A stretch of 64,000 nt of DNA, from assembly GCA_035499335.1 (NCBI GenBank), contig DATJZB010000047.1, positions 1,730-65,729 on the forward strand, read 5' to 3'. The translations under genes and the position numbers were made by a program. This document shows positions 56,163-64,000 of this stretch, piece after piece. Numbering within the stretch: the stretch's first letter is position 1; the number at the start of each line of letters is the position of its first letter. Under the pieces are notes generated by a model. The model did no database searches and was not told where the DNA came from. It saw only the letters and a list, made by a program, of their open reading frames with translations. Source of the DNA: Rhizomicrobium sp. Lineage in GTDB: Bacteria; Pseudomonadota; Alphaproteobacteria; Micropepsales; Micropepsaceae.

Positions 56163-56902
56163 GCCGCCATGCCTTGTTTGAGCGCGGCGGAGACGCGGCC
56201 CGCGTCGCGCGTGAAATCCGGCGTCAGGCGATAGGTTTCGTCGCGCCCCGGCGGCGGCGACAGCTTGATGTCTGCCGCCACGCGTCCCGGCCTCGGCGTC
56301 ATGACCACCACGCGCGACGAGAGATACGTGCTCTCATAGACGCTGTGGGTGACGAAGATGACGGTCAGCTTGTCTTCGCCCCAGAGCGCCAGGAGATCGT
56401 CGTTCAGCGCCTGGCGCGTCAGCTCGTCGAGCGCGGCAAACGGTTCGTCCATCAAGAGGAGCCTCGGCTCGGCGGCGATGGCGCGCGCGATCGAGACGCG
56501 CATCTTCATGCCGCCCGACAATTCGCGCGGGAACGCCTTCTCGAAGCCGCCGAGACCGACGCGCCGGATGGCGCGCGCGGCGCGGTCGTCGGCCTCGCCG
56601 CGGTTCATCCCTTCGAGGTCGAGCGGCAGGCGCACATTGTGCAGCGCGCTGGCCCACGGCATCAGCGTCGGCTCCTGGAAGACGAAGCCGATCTCGGGTT
56701 TCTCGCCGGGGAACGTCACGGCGCCGCCGTCCGGCGCGAGCAGCCCGGCGATGATGCGCAGCGCCGTCGACTTGCCGCAGCCCGACGGCCCGACGAGCGA
56801 GACGAATTCCCCGTCGGCGACATCCATGTCGAGGCGCGCGATCGCCTGCGTGCCGTTGTCGAACCGCTTGGAAACGCCGGAGAGGGAAAGAAGGGGCTGC
56901 AT
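56159..56902 (-). CDS. ABC transporter ATP-binding protein (NitT/TauT family)
   Basis: Walker [10 protein letters not shown], signature LSGGMKMR, and Walker [10 protein letters not shown] 4-nt overlap with the permease gene. Confidence 0.92.
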   Translation of the reverse strand: MQPLLSLSGVSKRFDNGTQAIARLDMDVADGEFVSLVGPSGCGKSTALRIIAGLLAPDGGAVTFPGEKPEIGFVFQEPTLMPWASALHNVRLPLDLEGMNRGEADDRAARAIRRVGLGGFEKAFPRELSGGMKMRVSIARAIAAEPRLLLMDEPFAALDELTRQALNDDLLALWGEDKLTVIFVTHSVYESTYLSSRVVVMTPRPGRVAADIKLSPPPGRDETYRLTPDFTRDAGRVSAALKQGMAA

Positions 56903-56965
56903 GGGACGCGTCTTCCATGACAGGCAAAGGCGTCACGGCGCAAGACAAAAGACGACGGCGCGGCG

Positions 56966-57175
56966 CTATCGGGCGGGCGCGTCGGGCGGCCGGTCGTCGC
57001 GGCCGATCAGAAGCCCGATGCCGATCGCGAGCGGAATGACGGGCCACAATTTCCAGAGCTGTCCGAGCATCTCGGCCGAGATCAGGTTGAAGTTCGCCGC
57101 CAGTCCGACGACGCCGACGGCGATGAGAACCAGGGCGCCGATCCATCCGCCTCGCCTGCGATGGGGTCCGCTCAT
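56966..57175 (-). CDS. small two-TM membrane protein
   Basis: Trimmed to MSGPHRRRGGWIGALVLIAVGVVGLAANFN...LWPVIPLAIGIGLLI. Confidence 0.55.
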   Translation of the reverse strand: MSGPHRRRGGWIGALVLIAVGVVGLAANFNLISAEMLGQLWKLWPVIPLAIGIGLLIGRDDRPPDAPAR

Positions 57176-57241
57176 GAAGGCCTCCGGCAACCGCCGCGCG
57201 AGCTTAGGGGCATTCGCCGCGCGAATCCAGCAAACGCCGGC

Positions 57242-58651
57242 TCAGAGGCGGACCGACGCGTGCACCGCGCCGGTGGCGCTGAAGGCGGCGAGGAAACCGT
57301 CGTTCGTCCAGGTCAGCGCCATCGGCCCGAAACCGTCGACCGTGCCGAAGATCACCACGTCGCGGCCTTGCGGTCTGGCGATGGCGGTGCGGATCTGGTT
57401 CTGCAGCCTGGCGACGTCGTTCGCGACCTTGAACACGAGGCGCTGCTGCAGCGCGCGGCCGAGCTCGGGCCCTGCGAGATAGCGCACCGCGCCGAGCACC
57501 ATGTTCGCCGTCGCCAGATCGTACCGCACATTGTCGATGCGGATCGTCTGCGAGGCCGCATCGTAGCGCGGCGTGCCGCGGAAATAGCCGCTGCCGCAAG
57601 CCGAGAACCAGTGGAACAGGTCCCAATCCTGGTCGGCGCAGAACGCGGCCGCGACGACGACGTCCGCGCCGGACGGCAGGATGTCGATCCGGGTGAAGCG
57701 CACCTTGGCGCCGGCAATGCGCGGCGGCTTGCCGGCGAGCGCGGCGAGGGCGAGCCGCGACGCTTGCGTGTAAGGCAGGAGGAACGGCACCGCGAAGGTG
57801 AAGCGGTTCGATGCTTCCTCCAGCGGCGACGGCGGCGGCAGCGGCTTGGGTTCGGCCGCGGGCGGCGTCTCCGCCGCCAGCACGCGCGCGCGCACGTCGA
57901 CGCCGAGCGGCACGGTCACCGCATCGCCGGCGATGGCGATGTGCCCGACGCGGATGCGTTCCGGGCTCAGCAGGAGCCAGGCGGTCGGCTTCTTGCCGAT
58001 CCTGATCGGCGTGAAGGCGCGCGCCCAGAACTTGGCGACGCGCGGTTTCTCGCGCAGCGAATCCGACAACGTCTTGTCCAGCATGCGGAACAGTTCGGGC
58101 GAGAACAGGTCGCTCGCGTCGCCGAGGATGTCGGTGACGTTCATCAGCAGCGGGCCGAGCCGCAGATGGCTGTTGTGCAATTCGATATGGCCGCTCGTGC
58201 GGGTGCGGACCTGCCAGTCGCTGCCGAGCGCGGCGCTGGTCGCGGCCTGCGCGAAGCCGTCGGCGTTGGCCTGTCCGCTGAGGAAGGAGAGCGAGCCGTT
58301 GAGCTGCATGTCGGCGTTGAGCGCGAAGGGCAGGCCGACGACCAGCTGGCCGCCTTGCGCGCCGACCGTGATCGGGCCCGTGCGCTCGGCATGCAGGCTG
58401 AGGCGGCAGCGGCCGATGCCGCACTTCGCCGGCTTGTCGCGGATGTCGGCGATGCGGTTCGCCGTCTTCTCGTTGAGCAGCCGCGCCAGTTCGCCCGTCG
58501 TGACGCTGAGCGTCGCCGACAGCGTCGAGAGCGGGATGGCGGGTGTCGGCGGCGGCGGCGTCCGCACCGGCGCGGGTGCCTCGAAGCCGCATGCGCCGAG
58601 CAGCAGCAGGGCGACGGCGGAAAGACACAGCCGATCGATTCTTCGCGCCAT
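57242..58651 (-). CDS. DUF4403-like lipoprotein
   Basis: Trimmed to MARRIDRLCLSAVALLLLGAC (lipobox), with GGAGG 4 nt upstream. 469 aa. The family name is from memory. Confidence 0.75.
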   Translation of the reverse strand: MARRIDRLCLSAVALLLLGACGFEAPAPVRTPPPPTPAIPLSTLSATLSVTTGELARLLNEKTANRIADIRDKPAKCGIGRCRLSLHAERTGPITVGAQGGQLVVGLPFALNADMQLNGSLSFLSGQANADGFAQAATSAALGSDWQVRTRTSGHIELHNSHLRLGPLLMNVTDILGDASDLFSPELFRMLDKTLSDSLREKPRVAKFWARAFTPIRIGKKPTAWLLLSPERIRVGHIAIAGDAVTVPLGVDVRARVLAAETPPAAEPKPLPPPSPLEEASNRFTFAVPFLLPYTQASRLALAALAGKPPRIAGAKVRFTRIDILPSGADVVVAAAFCADQDWDLFHWFSACGSGYFRGTPRYDAASQTIRIDNVRYDLATANMVLGAVRYLAGPELGRALQQRLVFKVANDVARLQNQIRTAIARPQGRDVVIFGTVDGFGPMALTWTNDGFLAAFSATGAVHASVRL

Positions 58652-58863
58652 CACACCTCCGCCGGTCGCGGACCCTGGCCGCCGCCCGCTGAACCGGAGC
58701 TGAACGTGCGGCGGCGCAGTCTGGCGCCCGTCGCCATCAGCCACAAGCCGGGAGCGCCGTGCCCATAGCCGCGCCGTGCGATTGCGCAGTGCGCCAAAAC
58801 CCGCATCATGAGCGCCGCGATCGACGTCTTCGCCGCGCGCGTAGAGCTGGAACGGAAAGCCCG

Positions 58864-59262
58864 ATGAAGAAAAAAAGCGCGGCGCCCAGGGGCAAGTCTC
58901 CGTCGGCGCAGATCGATGCGCGGATCAGGGAACTCGGCGACTGGCGCGGCGCGATGCTGGCCAGGGTCCGCGCCCTGATCAAAGCGGCCGATCCCGCGGC
59001 GGTGGAGGAATGGAAATGGCGCGGCGTGCCGGTCTGGTATCATGACGGACAGATCTGCACCGGCGAGACCTATAAGAGCGTCGTGAAGCTGACCTTCGCC
59101 AAGGGCGCTTCGCTCAAGGATCCTTCCGGATTGTTCAATGCCAGCCTCGAGGGCAATGCGCGGCGCGCCATCGACATCCGTGAGGGCGACGCGCTGAACG
59201 AGAAAGCCTTCAAGGCGCTGATCCGCGCCGCCGTCGCCCACAACGCGTCCGCCGCGCGCTGA
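58864..59262 (+). CDS. DUF1801 (YdhG-like) domain protein
   Basis: Trimmed to MKKKSAAPRGKSPSAQIDARIRELGDWRGAMLARVRALIKAADPAAVEEWKWRGVPVW. Confidence 0.8.
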   Translation: MKKKSAAPRGKSPSAQIDARIRELGDWRGAMLARVRALIKAADPAAVEEWKWRGVPVWYHDGQICTGETYKSVVKLTFAKGASLKDPSGLFNASLEGNARRAIDIREGDALNEKAFKALIRAAVAHNASAAR

Positions 59263-59398
59263 GCGCGGGCGTCTGTACGGTTGGCGTCGGAAACTTCGAA
59301 GGCGCGCCCACTTTTGTCCGACTTGTGTCGGCAATGTAACTGTCGCGCGCCGGCCCCGCCCCGCTATTCTTTGCCCTCGCCGAGCGTGGGAGGCACGC

Positions 59399-59527
59399 AT
59401 GACGATGTCTCACGTCACATGCCCGTTCTGCGGTCAGCCGCTGAAGGTGACGCGGAGCTGGTGGTACTGGCTGACGCGCAGCGTGCGCCTCACCTGCATC
59501 ACCAGGAATTGCGGCTATCGGCTCTAG
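59399..59527 (+). CDS. candidate 42-aa zinc-ribbon-like micro-protein (MTMSHVTCPFCGQPLKVTRSWWYWLTRSVRLTCITRNCGYRL)
   Basis: Below the track cutoff. GGGAGG 5 nt upstream of the ATG. CPFC...CITRNC cysteine pairs. High GC3. Confidence 0.4.
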   Translation: MTMSHVTCPFCGQPLKVTRSWWYWLTRSVRLTCITRNCGYRL

Positions 59528-59534
59528 GCGCCGC

Positions 59535-60773
59535 TCACAGCCTTTTGGGAATGCGCACCGGCATCGAGCGGTACGCCCGCAGGAAGCACGATTTGAGGCG
59601 CACCGGTTCGCCGACCACTTCGATGACGGGGAAGCGCTTGAGGATTTCTTCCCAGATCACGCGCAGCTGCATTTCCGCCAGCCGGTTTCCGACGCAGCGA
59701 TGGATGCCGAAGCCGAACGAGAGATGCTGCCGCGGCCGCGCGCGGTCGATGGTGAAGTCGTAGGGCCGCTCGATCATCGTCTCGTCGCGATTGCCCGAGA
59801 CGTACCACATCACGACCTTGTCGCCCTTGCGGATCTGCTTGCCGCCGAAGCTGACATCCTCCTTGGCCGTGCGCCGCATGTGGGCGACGGGGGTCTGGAA
59901 GCGGATGATCTCCGGCACCATGCTCTCGACGAGCGCGGGATTGGCCTTCAGCTTGGCGAACTGGTCGGGAAACTGGTTCAGCGCCAGGAGCCCGCCGGTG
60001 ATCGAGTTGCGGGTCGTGTCGTTGCCGCCGACGATCAGCAGGAGGATGTTGCCGAGGAACTCCATGAATTCCATGTTCCGCGTCGACTCGCCGTGCGCCA
60101 GCATCGAAATGAGGTCGTTGGCCGGCGGCGCCTTGGCGCGCTCGTTCCACAGATTCTGGAAGTACATGGCGCAGCCGATCAGCTCGGCGCGCACCTGGTC
60201 CTGGGTCATGTCGGTCTGCTCGTTCGTCGTCAGGTCCGACCAGTAGGTCAGCTTGCGGCGCTCCTCGAACGGGAAGTCGAACAGCGTGGCGAGCATCTGC
60301 GTCGTCAGCTCGATCGAAACCTTGTCGACCCAGTCGAAGGTCTCGCCGACCGGCAGCTCGTCGAGAATCTTGCCGGCGCGCTCGCGGATGATCGGCTCCA
60401 TGAGCTCCAGATTATGCGGCGAGACGATCGGGCTGATCACCTTGCGCTGCTGGTCGTGCTTGGGCGGATCCATGGCGATGAACATGGGCATCTGGAAATC
60501 GTCGTCCTGATCGAAGATCGAGATGCTGCCTTCGGAGGAGAAGACGTGGTGGCCGGTCTCGACCCCGACGATGTCGTTGTAGCGCGTGATCGACCAGTAG
60601 GGTCCGAACACGCTCTCGGCGGTGTAATGCACCGGGTCCTCTTTGCGCAGCCGCTCGAAGAACGGCCAGATGGTGTTCTTCTGGAAGCGCTCGTCGATGC
60701 TGACGTCGAGCTTGTCGAGCGGTGTCGAATAGGCTTCCTCGCGCGCGGCGTTGAGGTCGTCGGCGGAAATCAT
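59535..60773 (-). CDS. cytochrome P450, CYP153-like (alkane/terminal hydroxylase family)
   Basis: PLDKLDVS...EDPVHY...FGPYWSITRYNDI...FIAMDPPKHDQQRK...LATLFDFPFEERRKLTYWSD, and the heme loop FGFGIHRCVGNRLAEMQLRVIWEEIL. Start is ATG 60773 (GGAGA upstream) or 60821. Confidence 0.9.
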   Translation of the reverse strand: MISADDLNAAREEAYSTPLDKLDVSIDERFQKNTIWPFFERLRKEDPVHYTAESVFGPYWSITRYNDIVGVETGHHVFSSEGSISIFDQDDDFQMPMFIAMDPPKHDQQRKVISPIVSPHNLELMEPIIRERAGKILDELPVGETFDWVDKVSIELTTQMLATLFDFPFEERRKLTYWSDLTTNEQTDMTQDQVRAELIGCAMYFQNLWNERAKAPPANDLISMLAHGESTRNMEFMEFLGNILLLIVGGNDTTRNSITGGLLALNQFPDQFAKLKANPALVESMVPEIIRFQTPVAHMRRTAKEDVSFGGKQIRKGDKVVMWYVSGNRDETMIERPYDFTIDRARPRQHLSFGFGIHRCVGNRLAEMQLRVIWEEILKRFPVIEVVGEPVRLKSCFLRAYRSMPVRIPKRL

Positions 60774-60847
60774 GAATCGTCGTCTCCGGTAGGGCGCAGG
60801 CTTGCGAGCATAGTCCGGCACCGCGTCCGTTGCCAGAAGCCCGCCGC

Positions 60848-61912
60848 TCAGTGCGACGCAAAGGCGGCGATGCGCGCCGAGACGTTGCGGCGGATGTTCA
60901 TGTAGAAAAGATTATAGTCGAAATCGTGATAGACGCCGGTCAGGCTGAGAATGTCCCCGAACGCCAGCCGGTCGCGCAGGCGCACGTCGACGCCGAGCAG
61001 TCCGTCCTCGCAGCGCGCGCCCGTGACCGCCGGCACCGTCGGCTTGAGCGGTTCGCCTTCCCCCACTTTGGGCAAGCCGCCGAGATTCGCGTCCGCCGGC
61101 GCCGCACCGTCGATGCGCCAGGACAGCGGATTGACGCAGACGAGCGGACGTCCGTCGACGGTCCGGTACGCGCCGCGCCACCAGATCACGGCGTCGTTGC
61201 GGCGCCGCGGATCGTCGTGGCCGTCGCGCTCGCTGTTCCAGCTCACGACGCAGCCGGTCGAGGCGGGCGCGCCGCACACGGGCAGTCCCAGGTCGGCGAT
61301 CTTCGCCGGCAGCGACACGCCGGGAAGATAGGCGGCGATCATCCGCCGCTGCAGCGCGGTTCCGATGATCCGCTCCTGCAACAGGCGCAGCGCGTGGATC
61401 GAACCCTGGCTGTGCGCCGCGAGGATGAAGGGCCGGCCGTGAGTCTCCTTGAGGAACTCATCGAAGGCGCGCGCGACGTCGCGATAGGCGAGATCGGCGG
61501 CGGCGAGGCTGTCGGGATCGTCGCTGACGATCGCCTTGAGCGAAGCCTGGCGGTAGCGCGGCGCGTAGATGCGGCAGCAGCCGTTGAAGACGCCCGCCTG
61601 GAACCGCAGCACGCCCCATTCCAGCCGCGCGCCGGTCTCGCCGCCCGCATCGTAGGCGGCGTTGCCGATCCGGGGCGTCAGAAAGGTCGTGGGATGGATG
61701 AAGAACACGTCGGTGCCGTCGGCGGCATCGCGCGCGGCATCCGGCGGCGCGTCCAGCGCGTGGCTCCGCAGTCCGGGATGCGCGAGCCAGGCATCGGGCT
61801 GCGTATAGTCCGGCGCCGGGTCTGCGCGGCCGTCCTGCGCGAGCGCGCCCGCCGCGAACACGCCGACGGCCAGCGTCAGGAGTATCGCGAGATGCCGGGC
61901 TTTCGCTGCCAT
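60848..61912 (-). CDS. secreted DUF3089 (lipase-like alpha/beta hydrolase) protein
   Basis: Track ORF 60848..62350 trimmed to MAAKARHLAILLTLAVGVFAAGALAQ (signal peptide). Nucleophile-elbow-like AAHSQGS. Start coordinate is from ORF-track codon arithmetic. Confidence 0.8.
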   Translation of the reverse strand: MAAKARHLAILLTLAVGVFAAGALAQDGRADPAPDYTQPDAWLAHPGLRSHALDAPPDAARDAADGTDVFFIHPTTFLTPRIGNAAYDAGGETGARLEWGVLRFQAGVFNGCCRIYAPRYRQASLKAIVSDDPDSLAAADLAYRDVARAFDEFLKETHGRPFILAAHSQGSIHALRLLQERIIGTALQRRMIAAYLPGVSLPAKIADLGLPVCGAPASTGCVVSWNSERDGHDDPRRRNDAVIWWRGAYRTVDGRPLVCVNPLSWRIDGAAPADANLGGLPKVGEGEPLKPTVPAVTGARCEDGLLGVDVRLRDRLAFGDILSLTGVYHDFDYNLFYMNIRRNVSARIAAFASH

Positions 61913-62076
61913 GATCCTGCTCCGTCGTGGCGTGGAGAGGCGCGAATGTGTGGCGCCGGCCCTGAATGCCGGATGAACGATCTGCGTTAACGGCGCCGAA
62001 GGATGCGCGCGCCCGAAAAAAGAAGGGCCGGCATGCAGCGCCGGCCCTTCGGGATTTGAATCGAACGCTGCGGCGT

Positions 62077-62520
62077 CTATTTCAGTATCGCCTCGCGCGC
62101 CCACACGTCGCCGAGCAGCGTGCGGATCGAACCGCGCGCGGCCTGGTCCTGATTTGCCTTGACCAGCGAGCCGCCGATCTCCGCCTGGACGGCATATTGC
62201 TTGGCGATCGGCGTATCGAACGCGGCCATGTTCTTGTATTCGGTCGCCAGGATGATATCCGGCTCGTTCTGGCGCGGATCGGCGACCAGATAGACCTTGT
62301 AGTCGACGATGATGCCGCGCTTCTTCAGCGCTTCCTCCTGCGCCTTCCACGTGGTCGAAAGCCAGTTCATGTAGTCGTCGAAATGCCCGTCCTTGGTCTG
62401 CACCTGGGCGAAGTCCCAGACCGGACCGGTTTCGAACGACGGCCCGTTATTGTCGGCGGCGAGCGCGGGAACGACGGCCAGCGCTGCGGATGCGGCAAAA
62501 GCGGCGATGAGACGTTTCAT
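62077..62520 (-). CDS. secreted hypothetical protein (147 aa)
   Basis: C-terminal part of track ORF 62077..63774, starting MKRLIAAFAASAALAVVPALAADN (signal peptide). Confidence 0.7.
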   Translation of the reverse strand: MKRLIAAFAASAALAVVPALAADNNGPSFETGPVWDFAQVQTKDGHFDDYMNWLSTTWKAQEEALKKRGIIVDYKVYLVADPRQNEPDIILATEYKNMAAFDTPIAKQYAVQAEIGGSLVKANQDQAARGSIRTLLGDVWAREAILK

Positions 62521-62669
62521 GAAGACCCCCTGGTTGCGTGATTGTGTCGAGATTATCGGTCCGGACGGATGCCGGCCGTTGGTTCGATAGCTAACCACGT
62601 CCCCGGCAGCGGCGGAAGGCTGCGCGGGCGGCTCGCAAGGAAATTGACGGCGACGGCAGGCCCGCGGCG

Positions 62670-63662
62670 CTACTGGAAGTTCTGCGGCACGCCGTGCATG
62701 AAGCGCAGGTCGTAGGCGTTCTTGTAGGGCAGGGTTTTGGGATAGAGGCCCACCGCCGTCATCGTGTCGAAGAACGTCTTCCACTTGGCGTCCGTCATCG
62801 CGCCGAGGCCGAGCGTCGCCGCGTCGCCCGACAGGACGATGCCGTAGGCCTTCATCTTGGCGATCGCCTGCTTGATCAGTGCGTCGCTCATCTCCGGATT
62901 GTCCTTCCTGATGAGCGCGTTCGCCGGCCGCGGATCGCCGTTCAGATAGTCGAGCCAGCCGTTGCGCGTCGCCGTGACGAAGGCCTGGACCGCTTTCGGA
63001 TTGCCGTCGATCCATTTCTGCGGCACCAGCACCATGTTGCCGTAGCCGGGATAGCCGTTGTCCGAGAGCAGGAAGACCTGCGGTTTGAAATGGGCCTGCG
63101 TCTCGATCGTGTAGGGCTCGCTCGTCAGATAGCCTTCCTGGATCGCCTTGGGATCGACGAGGAACGGCGCCAGGTTGAACGTGTATTTGCGGATCTGCGT
63201 GTCGCTGTAGCCGTACTTGGCGCGCAGCCAGGGCCACCACGCCACCGTGGCCGCGTCGGAGATCATGATCGGCATGCCCTTCATGTCGGCGAGCGTCTTC
63301 ACGTCGGGCCTGGGATGGGTGATCAGCACCTGCGGGTCCTTCTGGAACACCGCCATCACCGCCTTGATGCCGGCATCGGCCTTGACGAGGTTGAGGGCGA
63401 TGAAGCCGTTCGAACCGATGCCGAAATCTGCCGCGCCGCCCGCCAGCATCTGCGGCACGTTCACCGCCGGTCCGCCTTCGAGGATCGTCACGTCGAGCCC
63501 GGCCTTCTTGTAGAGACCTTCGGCGAGCGCTTCGTAGAAGCCGCCATGCTCGGCCTGCGCCTTCCAGTCGGTGACGAAGCGGATTTTGGTCGGCGGCGCG
63601 GCCTGCGCGGCGGCGACGCAGACGAAAACGGCGAGGGCTGCGAACAGCGGCCGTGCGATCAT
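62670..63662 (-). CDS. ABC transporter substrate-binding protein (NMT1/THI5/SsuA-like)
   Basis: Trimmed to MIARPLFAALAVFVCVAAAQAAPPTKIRFVTDWKAQAEHGGFYEA, typical of the NitT/TauT-family periplasmic binding proteins. Confidence 0.88.
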   Translation of the reverse strand: MIARPLFAALAVFVCVAAAQAAPPTKIRFVTDWKAQAEHGGFYEALAEGLYKKAGLDVTILEGGPAVNVPQMLAGGAADFGIGSNGFIALNLVKADAGIKAVMAVFQKDPQVLITHPRPDVKTLADMKGMPIMISDAATVAWWPWLRAKYGYSDTQIRKYTFNLAPFLVDPKAIQEGYLTSEPYTIETQAHFKPQVFLLSDNGYPGYGNMVLVPQKWIDGNPKAVQAFVTATRNGWLDYLNGDPRPANALIRKDNPEMSDALIKQAIAKMKAYGIVLSGDAATLGLGAMTDAKWKTFFDTMTAVGLYPKTLPYKNAYDLRFMHGVPQNFQ

Positions 63663-63932
63663 GTGTTTCTCCGTGGAAGCGCGCCCACCATAGCGTCGGC
63701 GCACCGGCGCGCGAAAGACGTGGCGTGGAAGGACGGGCGGGCACGCCGCCCGCGGCCGCCGGAAATTTCATCAAACGATAAAGAACGATCCGGCTTTTCC
63801 GGAATTTCGGCTTCCCCGGGACATCAAACGCATTAGTGACAATGTAAATGAGCGTTTCCGACGTGTCCGGCTATTGACGCTGAACGCCTCTTTCATTCAC
63901 TAAACGATGAATTTCGATTTTCGGGGGCTGGC

Positions 63933-64000
63933 ATGACGGCGCGCACCATCCGCAACGCATTACGCTTGGGAACGGCGTTCCTGTTCGTCGCCACCGCCGC
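63933..64000 (+). CDS. 5' end of a gene for a probably secreted or membrane protein (partial)
   Basis: ATG at 63933 with a GGGGG run 5 nt upstream. MTARTIRNALRLGTAFLFVATAA looks like a signal or TM segment. Truncated by the window edge. Confidence 0.3.
   Translation, partial: MTARTIRNALRLGTAFLFVATA

Noticed and set aside
62521-63774. N-terminal 400+ residues of the 565-aa track ORF 62077..63774
   Set aside because: This part overlaps the clear substrate-binding protein gene (62670..63662) in a different frame and is Arg/Pro/Gly-rich. Only the C-terminal 147 aa, which begin with a signal peptide at Met 62520, look like a real protein.
63663-63800. Possible TPP riboswitch upstream of the NMT1/THI5-like binding protein gene
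   Set aside because: The minus-strand leader lacks the conserved CUGAGA and ACCUGAUCUGGAUAAUGC-type THI-box elements. The region is just GC-rich sequence.

Overview
High-GC alphaproteobacterial chromosomal segment. The protein families and REP-type hairpin repeats look Hyphomicrobiales/Bradyrhizobiaceae-like, but that is an inference from the translations, not a database result. It is densely packed with about 80 protein-coding genes on both strands. I saw no rRNA, tRNA, CRISPR array, integrase, transposase or prophage genes, so this reads as ordinary core or shell chromosome rather than a mobile island. Content is mostly housekeeping and metabolic: prfC, a DUF2849-CysI-DUF934 sulfite reductase operon, ornithine decarboxylase, a class-III aminotransferase, an acyl-CoA synthetase, a MerR regulator with a crotonase, three GSTs, two P450s (one CYP153-like), a Baeyer-Villiger monooxygenase, several alpha/beta hydrolases, two MHS and one BT1-like MFS transporter, ChrA, a TMEM175-type channel homologue, ABC importer parts, two divergent PAS histidine kinases, a receiver protein, and many small DUF-type proteins. 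Many long ORFs in the track are antisense or out-of-frame shadows typical of high-GC DNA, and I did not call them. The most unusual locus is at 21.3-22.5 kb. A protein consisting only of a DnaA domain IV-like HTH is translationally coupled to a 184-aa partner. Its AT-rich leader carries four TTATCC half DnaA boxes, two of them forming a perfect 14-bp palindrome. This may be a split GafA/GafYZ-type activator, but I cannot confirm that without searches. Other second-look items are an unrecognisable ~370-420 aa protein with a divergent wHTH regulator, several perfect palindromic operator candidates, a nested REP-like repeat family (3 copies), two micro-ORFs below the 60-aa track cutoff, and some unusual gene couplings. 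Start codons were chosen from ORF-track codon arithmetic plus visible SD-like motifs, and several remain uncertain.
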